Origin: Nanobdellota archaeon
GTDB lineage: Archaea > Nanobdellota > Nanobdellia > Pacearchaeales > GW2011-AR1
DNA: 64,000 nucleotides
NCBI GenBank assembly: GCA_038044745.1
Contig: JBBSZK010000009.1
Location: 245-64,244, forward strand
Reading direction: 5' to 3'
Within the stretch, counting starts at the first letter, position 1; every line of letters starts with the position of its first letter. The translations under genes and the position numbers were made by a program. Positions 18,525 to 28,550 of this stretch are shown piece by piece. The notes beneath the pieces were generated by a model. That model did no database searches. It was not told the origin of the DNA and worked only from the letters and a program-made list of their open reading frames with translations.

Positions 18525-19682
18525 TTACAAACTAATAAGTTCTACTTTCGTGTCTTCAACATTCGAGAAAGTTCGTGCGGCTACGTACGAAACACCCACT
18601 TCCTCACAGGCGCGAATAACGCCTCCTGTTGCAGCACCATCAATCACAAGCGCGAACACAGGGTCGCGTGAGCGTTCAATACCGGTGACAAGAGAGAGCG
18701 AAGAAATAACTTTCATAACTTCCAGAGAACGATTGAGAAGCGCAGCTTTCTTGGTGTCCTTAATTGTAAGATAGACTTCTTTTATCTTTTTTTTTACGTC
18801 GTCTTTGGAAAGCGAAGGTGTTTCTACAACCTCTGTAGTTTCAGATACACCCTCATCGCCCATGCGTCGCAACCGATAGAGAAATTCAGACGTAGGCCAG
18901 CGCTTGCGAAGACTCATCAAAATCTCTTTGCCTTCAAGTTCTTCAACTTCCTTTCCATCAGGGGCAACCGCCACATACGCAATTTTTGCATGGGTAGTAA
19001 CATTTTTAGCAATAAGGCGACCTCCACGGTCTCCATCTACAAAAAGAGTAATCTCTTTTTCTTCACTTAAACGTGCAATATCTTTAGGCAGCTTTGCCCC
19101 AGTCATACCAATTACATTGTTAACGCGATTTTTTATGAGGTTGACGACGTCTGCACGGCCTTCAACTACAATAATTTCATTACCTGAAATATCTCCGCAT
19201 GGGAGCTTATCCTCTCCGTACTCCGCAATACGCGCAATACGCGCTTCTTCTCGAACGCTCTTTGCAAGCGAACTTCCTTCGTTCGGGTCAAGTCCTTCAA
19301 GCAGTTTCTTTGCACGTTCAACAATATAATCTCGCTTATTTCCTCGTACATCCTCAATCTTCATAACCTCTATCTTGGCTTCGGTTGGTCCGATACGATC
19401 AATTGTTTCAAGCGTAGCCGCAATAATAGTCGTTTCAGATTTATCAAGTGCACTCGGGAGGCGTATTTCTCCGACGGATTTGCCATCGACTATATTCAAA
19501 TCAACTTCGATACGACCAATTTTACCTTCTTTCTGTAATTCACGCATCTCAAGTTCAGCACCAAGTAATCCTTCAGTCTGGCCAAAGATAGCTCCGATTA
19601 CATCAGGTTTTTCGACAGGCCCTTCAGCTCGAAAGCTGGCGTAGACCATGTACTTTATCGATACGGGGCTTATTTTTGCCAT
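18525..19682 (-). CDS. dnaG: Archaeal DnaG-type primase (Toprim domain)
   Basis: N-terminus MAKISPVSIKYMVYASFRAEGPVEKPDVIGAIFGQTEGLLG is characteristic of archaeal DnaG. Toprim motifs are IVVEGRADV and FVDGDRGG. Confidence 0.88.
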   Translation of the reverse strand: MAKISPVSIKYMVYASFRAEGPVEKPDVIGAIFGQTEGLLGAELEMRELQKEGKIGRIEVDLNIVDGKSVGEIRLPSALDKSETTIIAATLETIDRIGPTEAKIEVMKIEDVRGNKRDYIVERAKKLLEGLDPNEGSSLAKSVREEARIARIAEYGEDKLPCGDISGNEIIVVEGRADVVNLIKNRVNNVIGMTGAKLPKDIARLSEEKEITLFVDGDRGGRLIAKNVTTHAKIAYVAVAPDGKEVEELEGKEILMSLRKRWPTSEFLYRLRRMGDEGVSETTEVVETPSLSKDDVKKKIKEVYLTIKDTKKAALLNRSLEVMKVISSLSLVTGIERSRDPVFALVIDGAATGGVIRACEEVGVSYVAARTFSNVEDTKVELISL

Positions 19683-20126
19683 AGTTTTTTTCTACTTACA
19701 CATCTCTAAGAAACCAGTACTCTCTTGCGAGAGGGACTCAATCGAGTTCAGTGAATATGATTGTGATGGTCTCTACACGTAGTGTAAATTATCAATCTTG
19801 GTAGAAACGCCTATTTAAACCTTCTCTTCAAAGAAAGATGCAAAAAGCACGAGCAATATCTCCTTTATATTTCTTTCTGCTAAAAAAATAATCGATAAAA
19901 ACATAAGAATATTTATATACCCCGTCGGTATTCAGGGCTCGTAAAAAAGATGGTGACGAAATCAAATCGTGCTGTAGCCGAACCGTCGTTCTCGGCTTCA
20001 GAAGAAACAGAGGAATTCGATGTAACGCTCGAAGACCTTGCCGACGGTCTTGACTCCATGTCAGAAGACTAATTCTTTTTATTTTATTTTTGCAAACTTT
20101 TTTAAAGAAGACCTCGTGAAAAAGAC

Positions 20127-20624
20127 ATGTCTTTTTTTCATCGTCGAACCGTTCTTGGAAAAAAAAAGGTTCCCTTTGTACAATATAAAATTCGTACAAT
20201 GCATGAAGGATCTGAAAATAATCGTAAAGACCTTGCCGACTTAACGGGGCTTGACGGTTTAGGAAAACCTCGCAATGATCCAAGAATTACCCCGATAGGA
20301 ATACATCTTCGTAAGTATGGTCTCGACGAGCTCCCTCAACTATACAATCTGCTTCGCGGAGACATGACTTTTGTGGGCATACGACCTCATACCGAATCAG
20401 AATGGGCTAGCTTTTCAGAAGATCATAGAAAAAATGCCCTCGAATATAAACCGGGGCTATTCCCTGCGGCGCTTGCAGAAGGTATCCCCGATACAATCGA
20501 CAGATTAATTCTTTCTGAGCAAAAATATCTTGCCTCAAAAAAAGAACGCCCATTCAAAACCGACGCAATTTATCTTGCCAAATTGTTCTATCAGTTTATT
20601 TGGAAAGGTCTACGAAGTCGTTAA
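20127..20624 (+). CDS. Bacterial-type sugar (phosphoglycosyl) transferase catalytic domain, lacking the N-terminal membrane helix
   Basis: VQYKIRTM, RITPIGIHLRKYGLDELPQLYNLLRGDMTFVGIRP match the Bac_transf core. An in-frame stop lies 21 nt upstream of the ATG. Confidence 0.7.
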   Translation: MSFFHRRTVLGKKKVPFVQYKIRTMHEGSENNRKDLADLTGLDGLGKPRNDPRITPIGIHLRKYGLDELPQLYNLLRGDMTFVGIRPHTESEWASFSEDHRKNALEYKPGLFPAALAEGIPDTIDRLILSEQKYLASKKERPFKTDAIYLAKLFYQFIWKGLRSR

Positions 20625-20637
20625 GATTATTAAAAAA

Positions 20638-21231
20638 TTACCTTACAAAAGAATTGTTCATGCTCTCTTTCAGCTTGAAGTAATCTCTAATGTTCCCTAA
20701 TTTTTCATACAATGCGAGTAGCTGTTGTTGAGCTTCATGTTTTTCGGGGGCAGTGAGTTCAAGAGTAAGAAGTTTCTCATACGCCTTCTTAGCTTGATTG
20801 CGTTTATCTACACGGAGAAAATTCTTAGCCTCGACCGCATAATAATTCTTGAGCAACGTTCGCAAGCCAGATTTTTCAATTTCCGTTGCGAGCGCAAGCG
20901 TCTGCTGAAATACAAAATCGGCTTCAGAATAGTTGCCTCCCTTAATGTATAATTCAATCGATTTCATAAAATCGTTTATCTTCGCTTTAAACGTCGTGTT
21001 AATATCTGCAGCGTTGCGAAGCAAGCGTGCAGATTCAAGATACATGGATTTTGATTCGTACAGGCGCGATAAAATAGTCATCACGTGCTTCTTCGTATCA
21101 AAGTCAAGTCCCGACGACAACGCACGTTGTAAATAATCAATCTTGACATAATCGCCCATCGTCGCAAGTTTAGCATCAATTTCTTGCCGCGACCTCTCTT
21201 GAATCCCTCTCATGTATGCCAAAAAGCGCAT
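20638..21231 (-). CDS. Hypothetical all-helical (TPR-like) protein
   Basis: 197 aa with helical-repeat character. No catalytic motif. Confidence 0.5.
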   Translation of the reverse strand: MRFLAYMRGIQERSRQEIDAKLATMGDYVKIDYLQRALSSGLDFDTKKHVMTILSRLYESKSMYLESARLLRNAADINTTFKAKINDFMKSIELYIKGGNYSEADFVFQQTLALATEIEKSGLRTLLKNYYAVEAKNFLRVDKRNQAKKAYEKLLTLELTAPEKHEAQQQLLALYEKLGNIRDYFKLKESMNNSFVR

Positions 21232-21464
21232 TTCTTTTTAAGCATTATGGTGTTCTATACCGCAACACGTACTAATCCTCAAGTTTAGAGGGTTTCTTGC
21301 ATACCCGGTGTAAGTGATGCCCAATTCACCTGCGACAGAAGCGGCAGGCGTCTACGTCCCCCACACCACACGCGAGAGCGATATGCGAGCCCGTTGACTA
21401 AGTTCTTCGACAATTGCTTCCTGTTCAGTCATAGCTCTAAGAATAAAGTAATCTTTTTTAAACG

Positions 21465-21599
21465 TTAGCGTTTCTTTTTTTTATGCGTTGCATTCCAGCG
21501 TTTTAACTTACGCACTTTAGAAGCTTTGGACTTGCCACTTGCGCCACGACTATGCTTTGAATTCTTTTTCGCTACTTTTTTCTTTGTTTTCCGTTTCAT
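21465..21599 (-). CDS. Possible 44-aa highly basic micro-protein
   Basis: Below the ORF-track cutoff. Manual translation gives MKRKTKKKVAKKNSKHSRGASGKSKASKVRKLKRWNATHKKKKR. Its composition resembles small ribosomal or nucleic-acid-binding proteins. Confidence 0.3.
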   Translation of the reverse strand: MKRKTKKKVAKKNSKHSRGASGKSKASKVRKLKRWNATHKKKKR

Positions 21600-21994
21600 G
21601 AGTATAGCCGACGCACCGGACTCGGTGAATAAGTGCCGTCAACACTCCTCGTGTCAATCTTAACCTATCGATGCGTTGTAACGGTGATCTTACTCGCCCA
21701 TGATGTCAGGCGTAACATGCGCAGATTTCATGTGAAGAGTTATAGTCCGGTCTTCACATTCATAGTCGAACGCATGACAGAGGCCGCATCAGTAGCATCC
21801 TTTCCAGGACAACCGCTGATTGCGTCAGCAGAGGACTCACTTAATCGAGGTATTTAATCATAACCTATCACTAAAGAAGCACTACACGTTCACTCAATGA
21901 AAACAAGACGCACGAAGGTCTCATGGAGTAAATAATAAACCTTATAGTAGTAACTAAGCTAAACTTTTAAATAGGGCTTGTTTGTGGAAAAACC

Positions 21995-22786
21995 ATGACA
22001 GAAACACAGTATGGTATGAAAAAAGCAACGCACTCGTTGCCTGAACGAAGTATACTAGTAGTTCCCCACAAAGATAAGAATTTGCAAGTTAGTTATCCTG
22101 CCTTTGGGCCTAGGGGGTATAACGCCAATGTAACTGAAATGAACAAGAAATATTCTCATTCAGCAGAACGTCCCGAAATCTCGTTTCGAGAACCAATGAC
22201 TTCGGAATCTATTGCTGCAGTCGCTTATGGGTTCGGAAGTAAAGGAGATGTCGATGCCAAACGTGATATTCTCGATCCGCGATGGTTACAACTTGGCAGA
22301 ATTATTCTAACCTCTGAAGGCGTATTTGCTAATCCCCCACGCGACGCACAGGGGAATATCTTTTCTGATGAAAAAAGTCTTAAAGCGCTCTTAAACAGGG
22401 TCACAAACGTTAATGGTATTTATCTAGCCCCTAACAATGTTGGTTTTGCCCCCTATGAAAGCTTTACGCGAGGCGTACAAGATTGCAATACCTTTGCCGA
22501 AGGTGGGCTTGCACGCCTTTTAGAACATACGCCTGCCAAGATGGCTGAACAGTTGCGCGCCATTGCATCACCTAAGAACTACAAGAACGGCGTTAATGTC
22601 TGGGGATTTGACTCTGTAAGCACGCCTGTTGTGAATGTTGCGAGTCTGTTTTTCAGCTGGGTCTTCGACGAGAGGTTGGTTGTCGACGGCGGCGGATGGG
22701 GCGACGGCGGCGGATGGGGCGACGGCGGCGGCTATGCGTTTGGGGTGTTAAGGTCTGGCGAAGCCAGTGCGCAAAAAAGTAAATAG
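21995..22786 (+). CDS. Hypothetical protein with C-terminal GGGWGD tandem repeats
   Basis: 263 aa with no recognised domain. The C-terminus is VVDGGGWGDGGGWGDGGGYAFG. Confidence 0.6.
   Translation: MTETQYGMKKATHSLPERSILVVPHKDKNLQVSYPAFGPRGYNANVTEMNKKYSHSAERPEISFREPMTSESIAAVAYGFGSKGDVDAKRDILDPRWLQLGRIILTSEGVFANPPRDAQGNIFSDEKSLKALLNRVTNVNGIYLAPNNVGFAPYESFTRGVQDCNTFAEGGLARLLEHTPAKMAEQLRAIASPKNYKNGVNVWGFDSVSTPVVNVASLFFSWVFDERLVVDGGGWGDGGGWGDGGGYAFGVLRSGEASAQKSK
22685..22733 (+). repeat. 18-bp tandem repeat (2.7 copies) gacggcggcggatggggc, coding
   Basis: Units at 22685-22702 and 22703-22720, plus a partial unit at 22721-22733. They encode DGGGWG repeats. Confidence 0.85.
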
Positions 22787-22995
22787 AGAGTTTTATACCC
22801 TTAAAAAGACCTTACAGTCCAAGCAGGTATCTCTTGCTCGCTATCTCGTTTAATCTACCCCTCTTTAAAGTCCCGAAGATGCAACAATACAGATTTGAAT
22901 ACGTTCGAGTTATTTGCAAGATGCTTACAAAAACGCACCAATTCTTTTAGTCTTAGGAAAAAATATTAAGAGAAATATAAACCAAAAACAGAGTT

Positions 22996-24276
22996 TTAAA
23001 CTTTCTTCGGAGTAATCTCGATGCAGACACCCGCAGCAACAGTGGCTCCGGCATCACGAATAGCAAACTGTGCCATCTTCGGATTCTTCGCCTGTGTTTC
23101 CAAAACCAAGTTACCAATAGGTTTGATTCGTACCTTAGCAAGATCCCCATTCTTCAAGAAGTCAGGGTTAGCTGTCTTCTGCCCATCGGGACTAATTTTT
23201 TCAATCAACTCAACGAATGAGCAAGGCACTTGTGCCGTGTGCACGTGAAAGACGGGCGTATACCCCTTCGCAATAACGGTCGGATGTGAAATAACTGCAA
23301 TCTGAGCAACAAATTCTTCTGCAATAGTTGCAGGGTTAGCTGCATCGCAAACAACATCTCCGCGTGCAACGTCTTTCTTTCCAATACCTCGAATGTTAAT
23401 TCCTACGTTATCTCCCGCTTCAGCAGAAGGCAACTGTTCATGGTGCATTTCAATCGTCTTGATTTCACCATTGACTCCAGTTCCCGATCTTCCCGGAAGA
23501 ATAACCACTTTCTGGTTGAGCTTCATAACACCGGTCGCAATCTTTCCAACAGGAACCGTTCCAATACCCGTAATTTCATACACGTCCTGAAGAGGCATGC
23601 GAAGCGGCAAGTTCGTCAGCTTCTCAGGCATGGCAAACAAATCGAGTTGCTCAAGGACCGTGGGACCTTTGTACCAAGACATATTCGCCGACTTCTTGGC
23701 AACATTGTCTCCCTTGAATCCAGAGACTGCAAGGAAAGTAATAGTATCCACCTTAAATCCGGCCTGCTTCAATACGGCAGAAACATCTTCTTTGGTCTTG
23801 TTAAATGCATCTTCTTTGTAATCTACAGCGTCCATCTTATTAATAACAACAGCAACTTGCTTAACACCCATCGTTCGAAGCAACCACGCATGTTCCTTCG
23901 TTTGGGGTTGGGTTCCATCTTTAGCAGAAACGGTTAAGAATGCACAGTCTGCTTGAGACGCGCCCGTAATCATGTTCTTAATGAAGTCTTTGTGTCCGGG
24001 AGCATCAATAATAGTAACTTCATACTTGTTCGTAACTAACTTTTGATACGAAAGGTCAATTGTAACTCCACGCTCTCTTTCTTCCTTGAACTTGTCCATA
24101 ACGAACGCAAACTCAAAACCAACTTTACCCTTCTCTTGAGCTTCCTGCTTCAACTTATCAATCTCTTGCTGAGAAATCTTTCCAGAATCAAACATAAGGC
24201 GACCTATTGTCGTCGATTTACCGTGGTCAACGTGCCCAACGAACACAACGTTCAAGATTGGTTTTTCTTTTGCCAT
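22996..24276 (-). CDS. tuf: Translation elongation factor EF-1alpha (aEF1A)
   Basis: [18 protein letters not shown] and the full three-domain length of 426 aa. Confidence 0.95.
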   Translation of the reverse strand: MAKEKPILNVVFVGHVDHGKSTTIGRLMFDSGKISQQEIDKLKQEAQEKGKVGFEFAFVMDKFKEERERGVTIDLSYQKLVTNKYEVTIIDAPGHKDFIKNMITGASQADCAFLTVSAKDGTQPQTKEHAWLLRTMGVKQVAVVINKMDAVDYKEDAFNKTKEDVSAVLKQAGFKVDTITFLAVSGFKGDNVAKKSANMSWYKGPTVLEQLDLFAMPEKLTNLPLRMPLQDVYEITGIGTVPVGKIATGVMKLNQKVVILPGRSGTGVNGEIKTIEMHHEQLPSAEAGDNVGINIRGIGKKDVARGDVVCDAANPATIAEEFVAQIAVISHPTVIAKGYTPVFHVHTAQVPCSFVELIEKISPDGQKTANPDFLKNGDLAKVRIKPIGNLVLETQAKNPKMAQFAIRDAGATVAAGVCIEITPKKV

Positions 24277-24348
24277 GTTTAGTAACGTGTGTAAAAAATC
24301 AGGGTATTTAAACTTTTCGCGCTTTAAAAAAAAGACGCGCGCCTTTTC

Positions 24349-24936
24349 TTATCGAGCATCTCGTTCACCGGCACGTTCCGCTTTCAAAATCCATTTCACC
24401 TTCTTGTGATGCGAAGTCCACGGCGTATTCAAGCTTGTTATTTCCGTTACTCTCGTCGGAGAAATACCCACAAACCACAATGCGGCCCATTGTATCATTT
24501 TGATGCCGGGCACGCGATAGATAATATGATTTAATGCCCACGGCCCGCCCGTCGTGGTAATGAGTCGCGCACTTCGTCCTTTAAGATAGCGGTGCCACCC
24601 CCATCCGCCTCGACGATACCTAAATGCAAACCCTGATGTCAACACACGGTCAAGAAAACCCTTCAAGAGCGCAGGTGGCCCGCCCCACCACGTCGGATAC
24701 ACCAACACAAGATGATCTGCCCAAAGAATAAGCTTCTGCATTTTCTGCAAGTCACTTTCAAGTGCAGGAGCACCTCGATAATCGTGAGCACCGATCGCAT
24801 CAAACTCCAAGTCAATCAGTTTAACATATCTAACAGTAGCTTTATTTCGTTTCGCCCCCCTGATGTACGCATCAGCAAGTGCGCCACAATAACTTTTAAC
24901 ACGGGGATGCCCCAGAATAACAAGAATCTTCTTCAT
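24349..24936 (-). CDS. Flavodoxin-like fold NAD(P)H-dependent oxidoreductase (quinone reductase type)
   Basis: Trimmed to MKKILVILGHPRVKSYCGALADAY... The sequence YPTWWGGPPALLKGFLDRV is typical of the Flavodoxin_2 family. Confidence 0.7.
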   Translation of the reverse strand: MKKILVILGHPRVKSYCGALADAYIRGAKRNKATVRYVKLIDLEFDAIGAHDYRGAPALESDLQKMQKLILWADHLVLVYPTWWGGPPALLKGFLDRVLTSGFAFRYRRGGWGWHRYLKGRSARLITTTGGPWALNHIIYRVPGIKMIQWAALWFVGISPTRVTEITSLNTPWTSHHKKVKWILKAERAGERDAR

Positions 24937-24986
24937 AACAACAAAACGACACAAACCTTATTAAACTTGTTCTTCTCTAAAAAAAT

Positions 24987-25181
24987 ATGGACCACCAAAA
25001 AGAGGCCGTTGTTGGAGGAGACACCGTCGTTGAAGATGGAAGTTACAAACTCGTCGCAACCTTGCAACCGTTCGAAATAACGCATCTCGTATTAACAAGT
25101 TCGAAAGGTGACAAGCGCGTCTGGCGCGTGCAAGAATTGTCAGAAAAAGATGTTTCTTTTAAAATTGAGAAGTTTAACTAG
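24987..25181 (+). CDS. Hypothetical small protein (64 aa)
   Basis: Beta-rich small ORF with a promoter-like AT tract upstream. Confidence 0.4.
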   Translation: MDHQKEAVVGGDTVVEDGSYKLVATLQPFEITHLVLTSSKGDKRVWRVQELSEKDVSFKIEKFN

Positions 25182-25402
25182 CAAAACTTATGCATAGGAT
25201 GTTCGTTTGACAGGGTTTTCAAAGCGGGCGATTTTTTCACAACCTCTGAATCAATAATACGTCCCTTGCTTTGTTCGATGCGCATGACTTCTTCGCTAAT
25301 AAATCGTTCAATTTGTTTACTCATACTAATACCCTCTTTCTTGCAATGGCTCGAATATTTCTTGTAAATACTTTCGTCCAGATTGAATGTTTTCAAGGCC
25401 AT
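25178..25402 (-). CDS. Small CopG/RHH-like protein
   Basis: Trimmed to MALKTFNLDESIYKKYSSHCKKEGISMSKQIERFI (RHH-like strand-helix-helix). Confidence 0.45.
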   Translation of the reverse strand: MALKTFNLDESIYKKYSSHCKKEGISMSKQIERFISEEVMRIEQSKGRIIDSEVVKKSPALKTLSNEHPMHKFC

Positions 25403-25516
25403 TATCGTCCCTTTAATTACATAAATAATCTTAATAAACATTTCGCCAGAATGCCGCAGTAAATGTACCCAAACATAAAACAGCAATAAATTATTAAATA
25501 AGGTTATTTAATTACC

Positions 25517-25765
25517 CTAGGGCGTCTGATTCGTGCTGGCGTTCTCAAAGAGCGCATGTATGCGCGCCTTCGCATTCTCATCAAGAGCACCAGAGCGCAA
25601 GTCGCAATAAGTCCCCATGGGTAAACAAATTTCGATTGCACACTCGGAGGTAGCATAATTACTAAACGTTGTTCGAAATCCGCAAAAAGGATTAAAAAAG
25701 TAATAGGTGGCCGCGATTGCGACCACGGCGATAATTATTGCCATAATCCAAAGAGCTCTTCTCAT
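25517..25765 (-). CDS. Small membrane-anchored Cys-containing protein
   Basis: N-terminal TM (ALWIMAIIIAVVAIAATYYFF), then 4 Cys. Confidence 0.45.
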   Translation of the reverse strand: MRRALWIMAIIIAVVAIAATYYFFNPFCGFRTTFSNYATSECAIEICLPMGTYCDLRSGALDENAKARIHALFENASTNQTP

Positions 25766-25813
25766 AATCCATAACTTCCTCCTTTATTTAAATACATTTA
25801 CTCTCTCTTTTAT

Positions 25814-26224
25814 TTAATGCAGTCTTCCTTGTTCTTCACGAAATATCTTAAGCGCACACTCGTAATCAAAACCATCATGGGTGTCTCTAAACTCCCTCCA
25901 TTCATGGTCCAGAAAATTAGATCCCGAATGGCTACTAGACCCAAAACGAAGTGCAGGATCGTATCCGGTATGGCGAGCAGCACATGTAAATTGGGCTCGT
26001 GCAAAATCTTCTTTTCCCGCAGCTAAATCACAGAGCGCCGCAAGGTAGTGCATATCGGCCATGCATTCGTTGTGATATCCTCGATTCTCACCCCAGACCG
26101 CACGTGTTGCTAGTTTTGTCGCATGAACAAAATCATGGCCTTTTTGGTCTAATCTTCTAGGATCAATACCAATCGTAGCACACCCAATACGTCCAGGGTC
26201 TAACAAATCAAGAGCCGTACGCAT
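25814..26224 (-). CDS. Hypothetical protein (136 aa)
   Basis: Clean ORF directly downstream of EF-2. No motif recognised. The overlapping ORF 25810..26004 was rejected. Confidence 0.5.
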   Translation of the reverse strand: MRTALDLLDPGRIGCATIGIDPRRLDQKGHDFVHATKLATRAVWGENRGYHNECMADMHYLAALCDLAAGKEDFARAQFTCAARHTGYDPALRFGSSSHSGSNFLDHEWREFRDTHDGFDYECALKIFREEQGRLH

Positions 26225-26254
26225 AGAGTGTTCTAAAAAATGGAGCTTATAAAA

Positions 26255-28447
26255 TTATTGGTTCTCGCTCAAACCCTTGCGAGTACGAATTTTAGCGACC
26301 ACGGCAAGTTGTAATTCACGCGGGAGCGGTTTGAAATGCTGGTCCACAAGGCTCGAAATACCTCTGCCCTCAGTAGCGCTTCGCAAATCATTACTCCATC
26401 CAATCATCTCGGCAACAGGAATATGCGCCTTAACCACGACTTGCCCTGCTTCCTGTTGTACATCAACCAATACGCCTCGCTTACTCGCAACTAAGTTCGT
26501 GACGGTACCCATAAAATCAAGAGGTGCCTCAATAAGGTGGGTTTGAATAGGTTCGAGCATACCAGCTCCTGCCGCACGCATACCATCAACACAAGCCGCG
26601 CGAACAGCAGGGTACACTTGCGCAGGACCCCTATGCATATGGTCTACATGAATCTTAATATCCTGCAAGATGACTTTCGTCTTTGTGAGCTGCTCTCGTG
26701 CAAGCGGACCGCCGTCAACCACAAGCTTCCATCCATCTAGCAATGATTCAATAATTTCCCCCAAGAGAACGATTCCTCTCGTTCGGTCTTCAAACACGTT
26801 TCCTTTGTAAATTTCTTTGTACTGGCGTGCTTCTTCACCATCGATGCCCATTTCTTCAAGCTTTTTCCATACTTCTTCTGCTTTTTTCTTGAATCGCGTT
26901 TCGGGTAACTTTCCTTCTTGAATCGCTTGGAATACGGCATCTTCCAAAGGCTCAATGCTCATAAAAAAGATGTTGTGTCCATTTGGTGTACGCGCTTCAA
27001 TCTTACCCGATGCCTTGCTTACCGTCTCACGGTAGACTACAATCGGAGGACCCATCTTAACTTCGAGCCCCTTTTCCGTCTTGATTCTGTTTTCAATAAT
27101 CTCCAGATGCAGTTCTCCCATGCCTGACATTAAGTTCTCCCCCGTTTCTTCATTGATTTCAATTTTAATGCTCGGGTCTTCCTTTCCTACCTTTCTAAGA
27201 ACATCAATCAGTTTAGGCAAATCTGCAGAACGAACGACTTCAATCGATTTGGTAATAACGGGCTGGAAAATATGTTTAATGGCCTCAAAAGCAGGTACAT
27301 CTTCAGTTGAAATCGTGTCTCCAACGTCCGTGTTCAGACCGACCAATGCAATAACGTTTCCCGCAGGAACGTTATCAACTTGTCGAGGTTTGATGCCCTC
27401 ATACACGAGAACTTGCTGAATTCTTGTCTTTTGTTTGGTTAACGTAGAATATACTTCCATACCATTGGTTATCGTGCCAGAGAATAATCGTCCGGCATAA
27501 ACTTCCTTGCCCACACGAGGATCAATAATAATACGTGTCACCACGAATGCAACCTTTCCCGATTTGTCGCACATCATAAGATTTTGACCAAACTGGCTCT
27601 CGAGTTCACCGCTCCATATTTTTGGAATGCGGTACTTCTGAGCTTCAAGCGGGTTAGGCAAGTGTTTAACAACCATGTCTAAAATAACTTCATGCAAAGG
27701 CGCGTTTTCCCACACCCAATCCTTGCGCTGCTTTTCATCTTCAAACTCATAAATTTTGTAAATATCCTTGAAACTAATATTCTTCTTCTTCATGTACGGC
27801 ACGCTCAACGCCCAGTTTTCTCGGGCGCTTCCAAATGCGACACTTCCATCAGCAACGTTCACTTGCCACTTTGCGGCGTATTCCGGTTCAGCAATCTGTT
27901 GCAAGAGTAAGTTAAACTGAGCAATAATCTTCATGAATCGCTCCTGCATCTGTTCAGGCGTAACCTTCAATTCTTTGATAAGACGGTCAACTTTATTGAT
28001 GAACAACACAGGCTTCACGCGCTCGCGCAACGCTTGTTTGAGCACCGTTTCAGTTTGGGGCATAATGCCCTCAACAGCACAGACCAGAACAACGGTTCCA
28101 TCAATTGCGCGCATGGCCCGTGTAACGTTTCCCGAGAAGTCCACGTGACCGGGTGTGTCAATTAAATTAATAAGATATTCTTGTCCATGAAATTCGTGCG
28201 GCATCGAAACGTTCGCCGCATCAACCGTCATAAGCCTTTCTTGTTCGTCTGAATGTTGCCAAGTCGTCATTCCCTCTTCAAGGTCTCCCGCATTCTTAGA
28301 TGCCATCATACCTGCGGCTGCAAGCAGGTTATCAGTAAACGCCGTTTTACCATGGTGAATGTGCGCACTCGTCGCTATATTGCGGATGTTAGCCTGGTGG
28401 CTAATCAAACGACTAATCTTGCTCAATCCTGTTTCCTTATCTGCCAT
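26255..28447 (-). CDS. fusA: Translation elongation factor EF-2 (aEF2)
   Basis: AHIHHGKT, DTPGHVDF, NKVDR, and the diphthamide-loop HVDHMHRGPAQ. Length 730 aa. Confidence 0.95.
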   Translation of the reverse strand: MADKETGLSKISRLISHQANIRNIATSAHIHHGKTAFTDNLLAAAGMMASKNAGDLEEGMTTWQHSDEQERLMTVDAANVSMPHEFHGQEYLINLIDTPGHVDFSGNVTRAMRAIDGTVVLVCAVEGIMPQTETVLKQALRERVKPVLFINKVDRLIKELKVTPEQMQERFMKIIAQFNLLLQQIAEPEYAAKWQVNVADGSVAFGSARENWALSVPYMKKKNISFKDIYKIYEFEDEKQRKDWVWENAPLHEVILDMVVKHLPNPLEAQKYRIPKIWSGELESQFGQNLMMCDKSGKVAFVVTRIIIDPRVGKEVYAGRLFSGTITNGMEVYSTLTKQKTRIQQVLVYEGIKPRQVDNVPAGNVIALVGLNTDVGDTISTEDVPAFEAIKHIFQPVITKSIEVVRSADLPKLIDVLRKVGKEDPSIKIEINEETGENLMSGMGELHLEIIENRIKTEKGLEVKMGPPIVVYRETVSKASGKIEARTPNGHNIFFMSIEPLEDAVFQAIQEGKLPETRFKKKAEEVWKKLEEMGIDGEEARQYKEIYKGNVFEDRTRGIVLLGEIIESLLDGWKLVVDGGPLAREQLTKTKVILQDIKIHVDHMHRGPAQVYPAVRAACVDGMRAAGAGMLEPIQTHLIEAPLDFMGTVTNLVASKRGVLVDVQQEAGQVVVKAHIPVAEMIGWSNDLRSATEGRGISSLVDQHFKPLPRELQLAVVAKIRTRKGLSENQ

Positions 28448-28471
28448 CGTAAATTGCGTAAGCGTTCATAC

Positions 28472-28494
28472 AAAAAACGCTTTTTAAAAGTTCC
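28472..28494 (-). promoter_or_regulatory. Promoter (TATA/BRE) of the EF-2 gene
   Basis: Plus strand reads aaaaaacgctttttaaaagttcc. The TATA-like core at 28481-28490 is centred about 39 nt upstream of the ATG. It is 22/23 identical to 30161-30183. Confidence 0.55.
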
Positions 28495-28550
28495 TATTGA
28501 GCAAAAAAAGAATAAAACAGAAAAATAAAAATAAATGAAAAACGTTGTTC

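Noticed and set aside
19828-20283. Minus-strand ORF of 151 aa
   Set aside because: It overlaps the start of the sugar-transferase gene and the intergenic promoter region, and its sequence is low-complexity and AT-driven. It is judged spurious.
21600-21994. Specific assignment as RNase P RNA or SRP RNA
   Set aside because: Partial resemblances (AUAGUCCGG, ACAGAGGCCGC, GUCCUGGAAAGGAUGC, UGUAAC) do not occur in the order or pairing required for P4 or for SRP helix 8. The region is kept only as an unassigned candidate ncRNA region.
22685-22733. Possible CRISPR-like or other non-coding array
   Set aside because: The copies are directly tandem with no spacers, only 18 bp long, and in frame within a CDS. 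No CRISPR-type repeat-spacer array was seen anywhere in the window.
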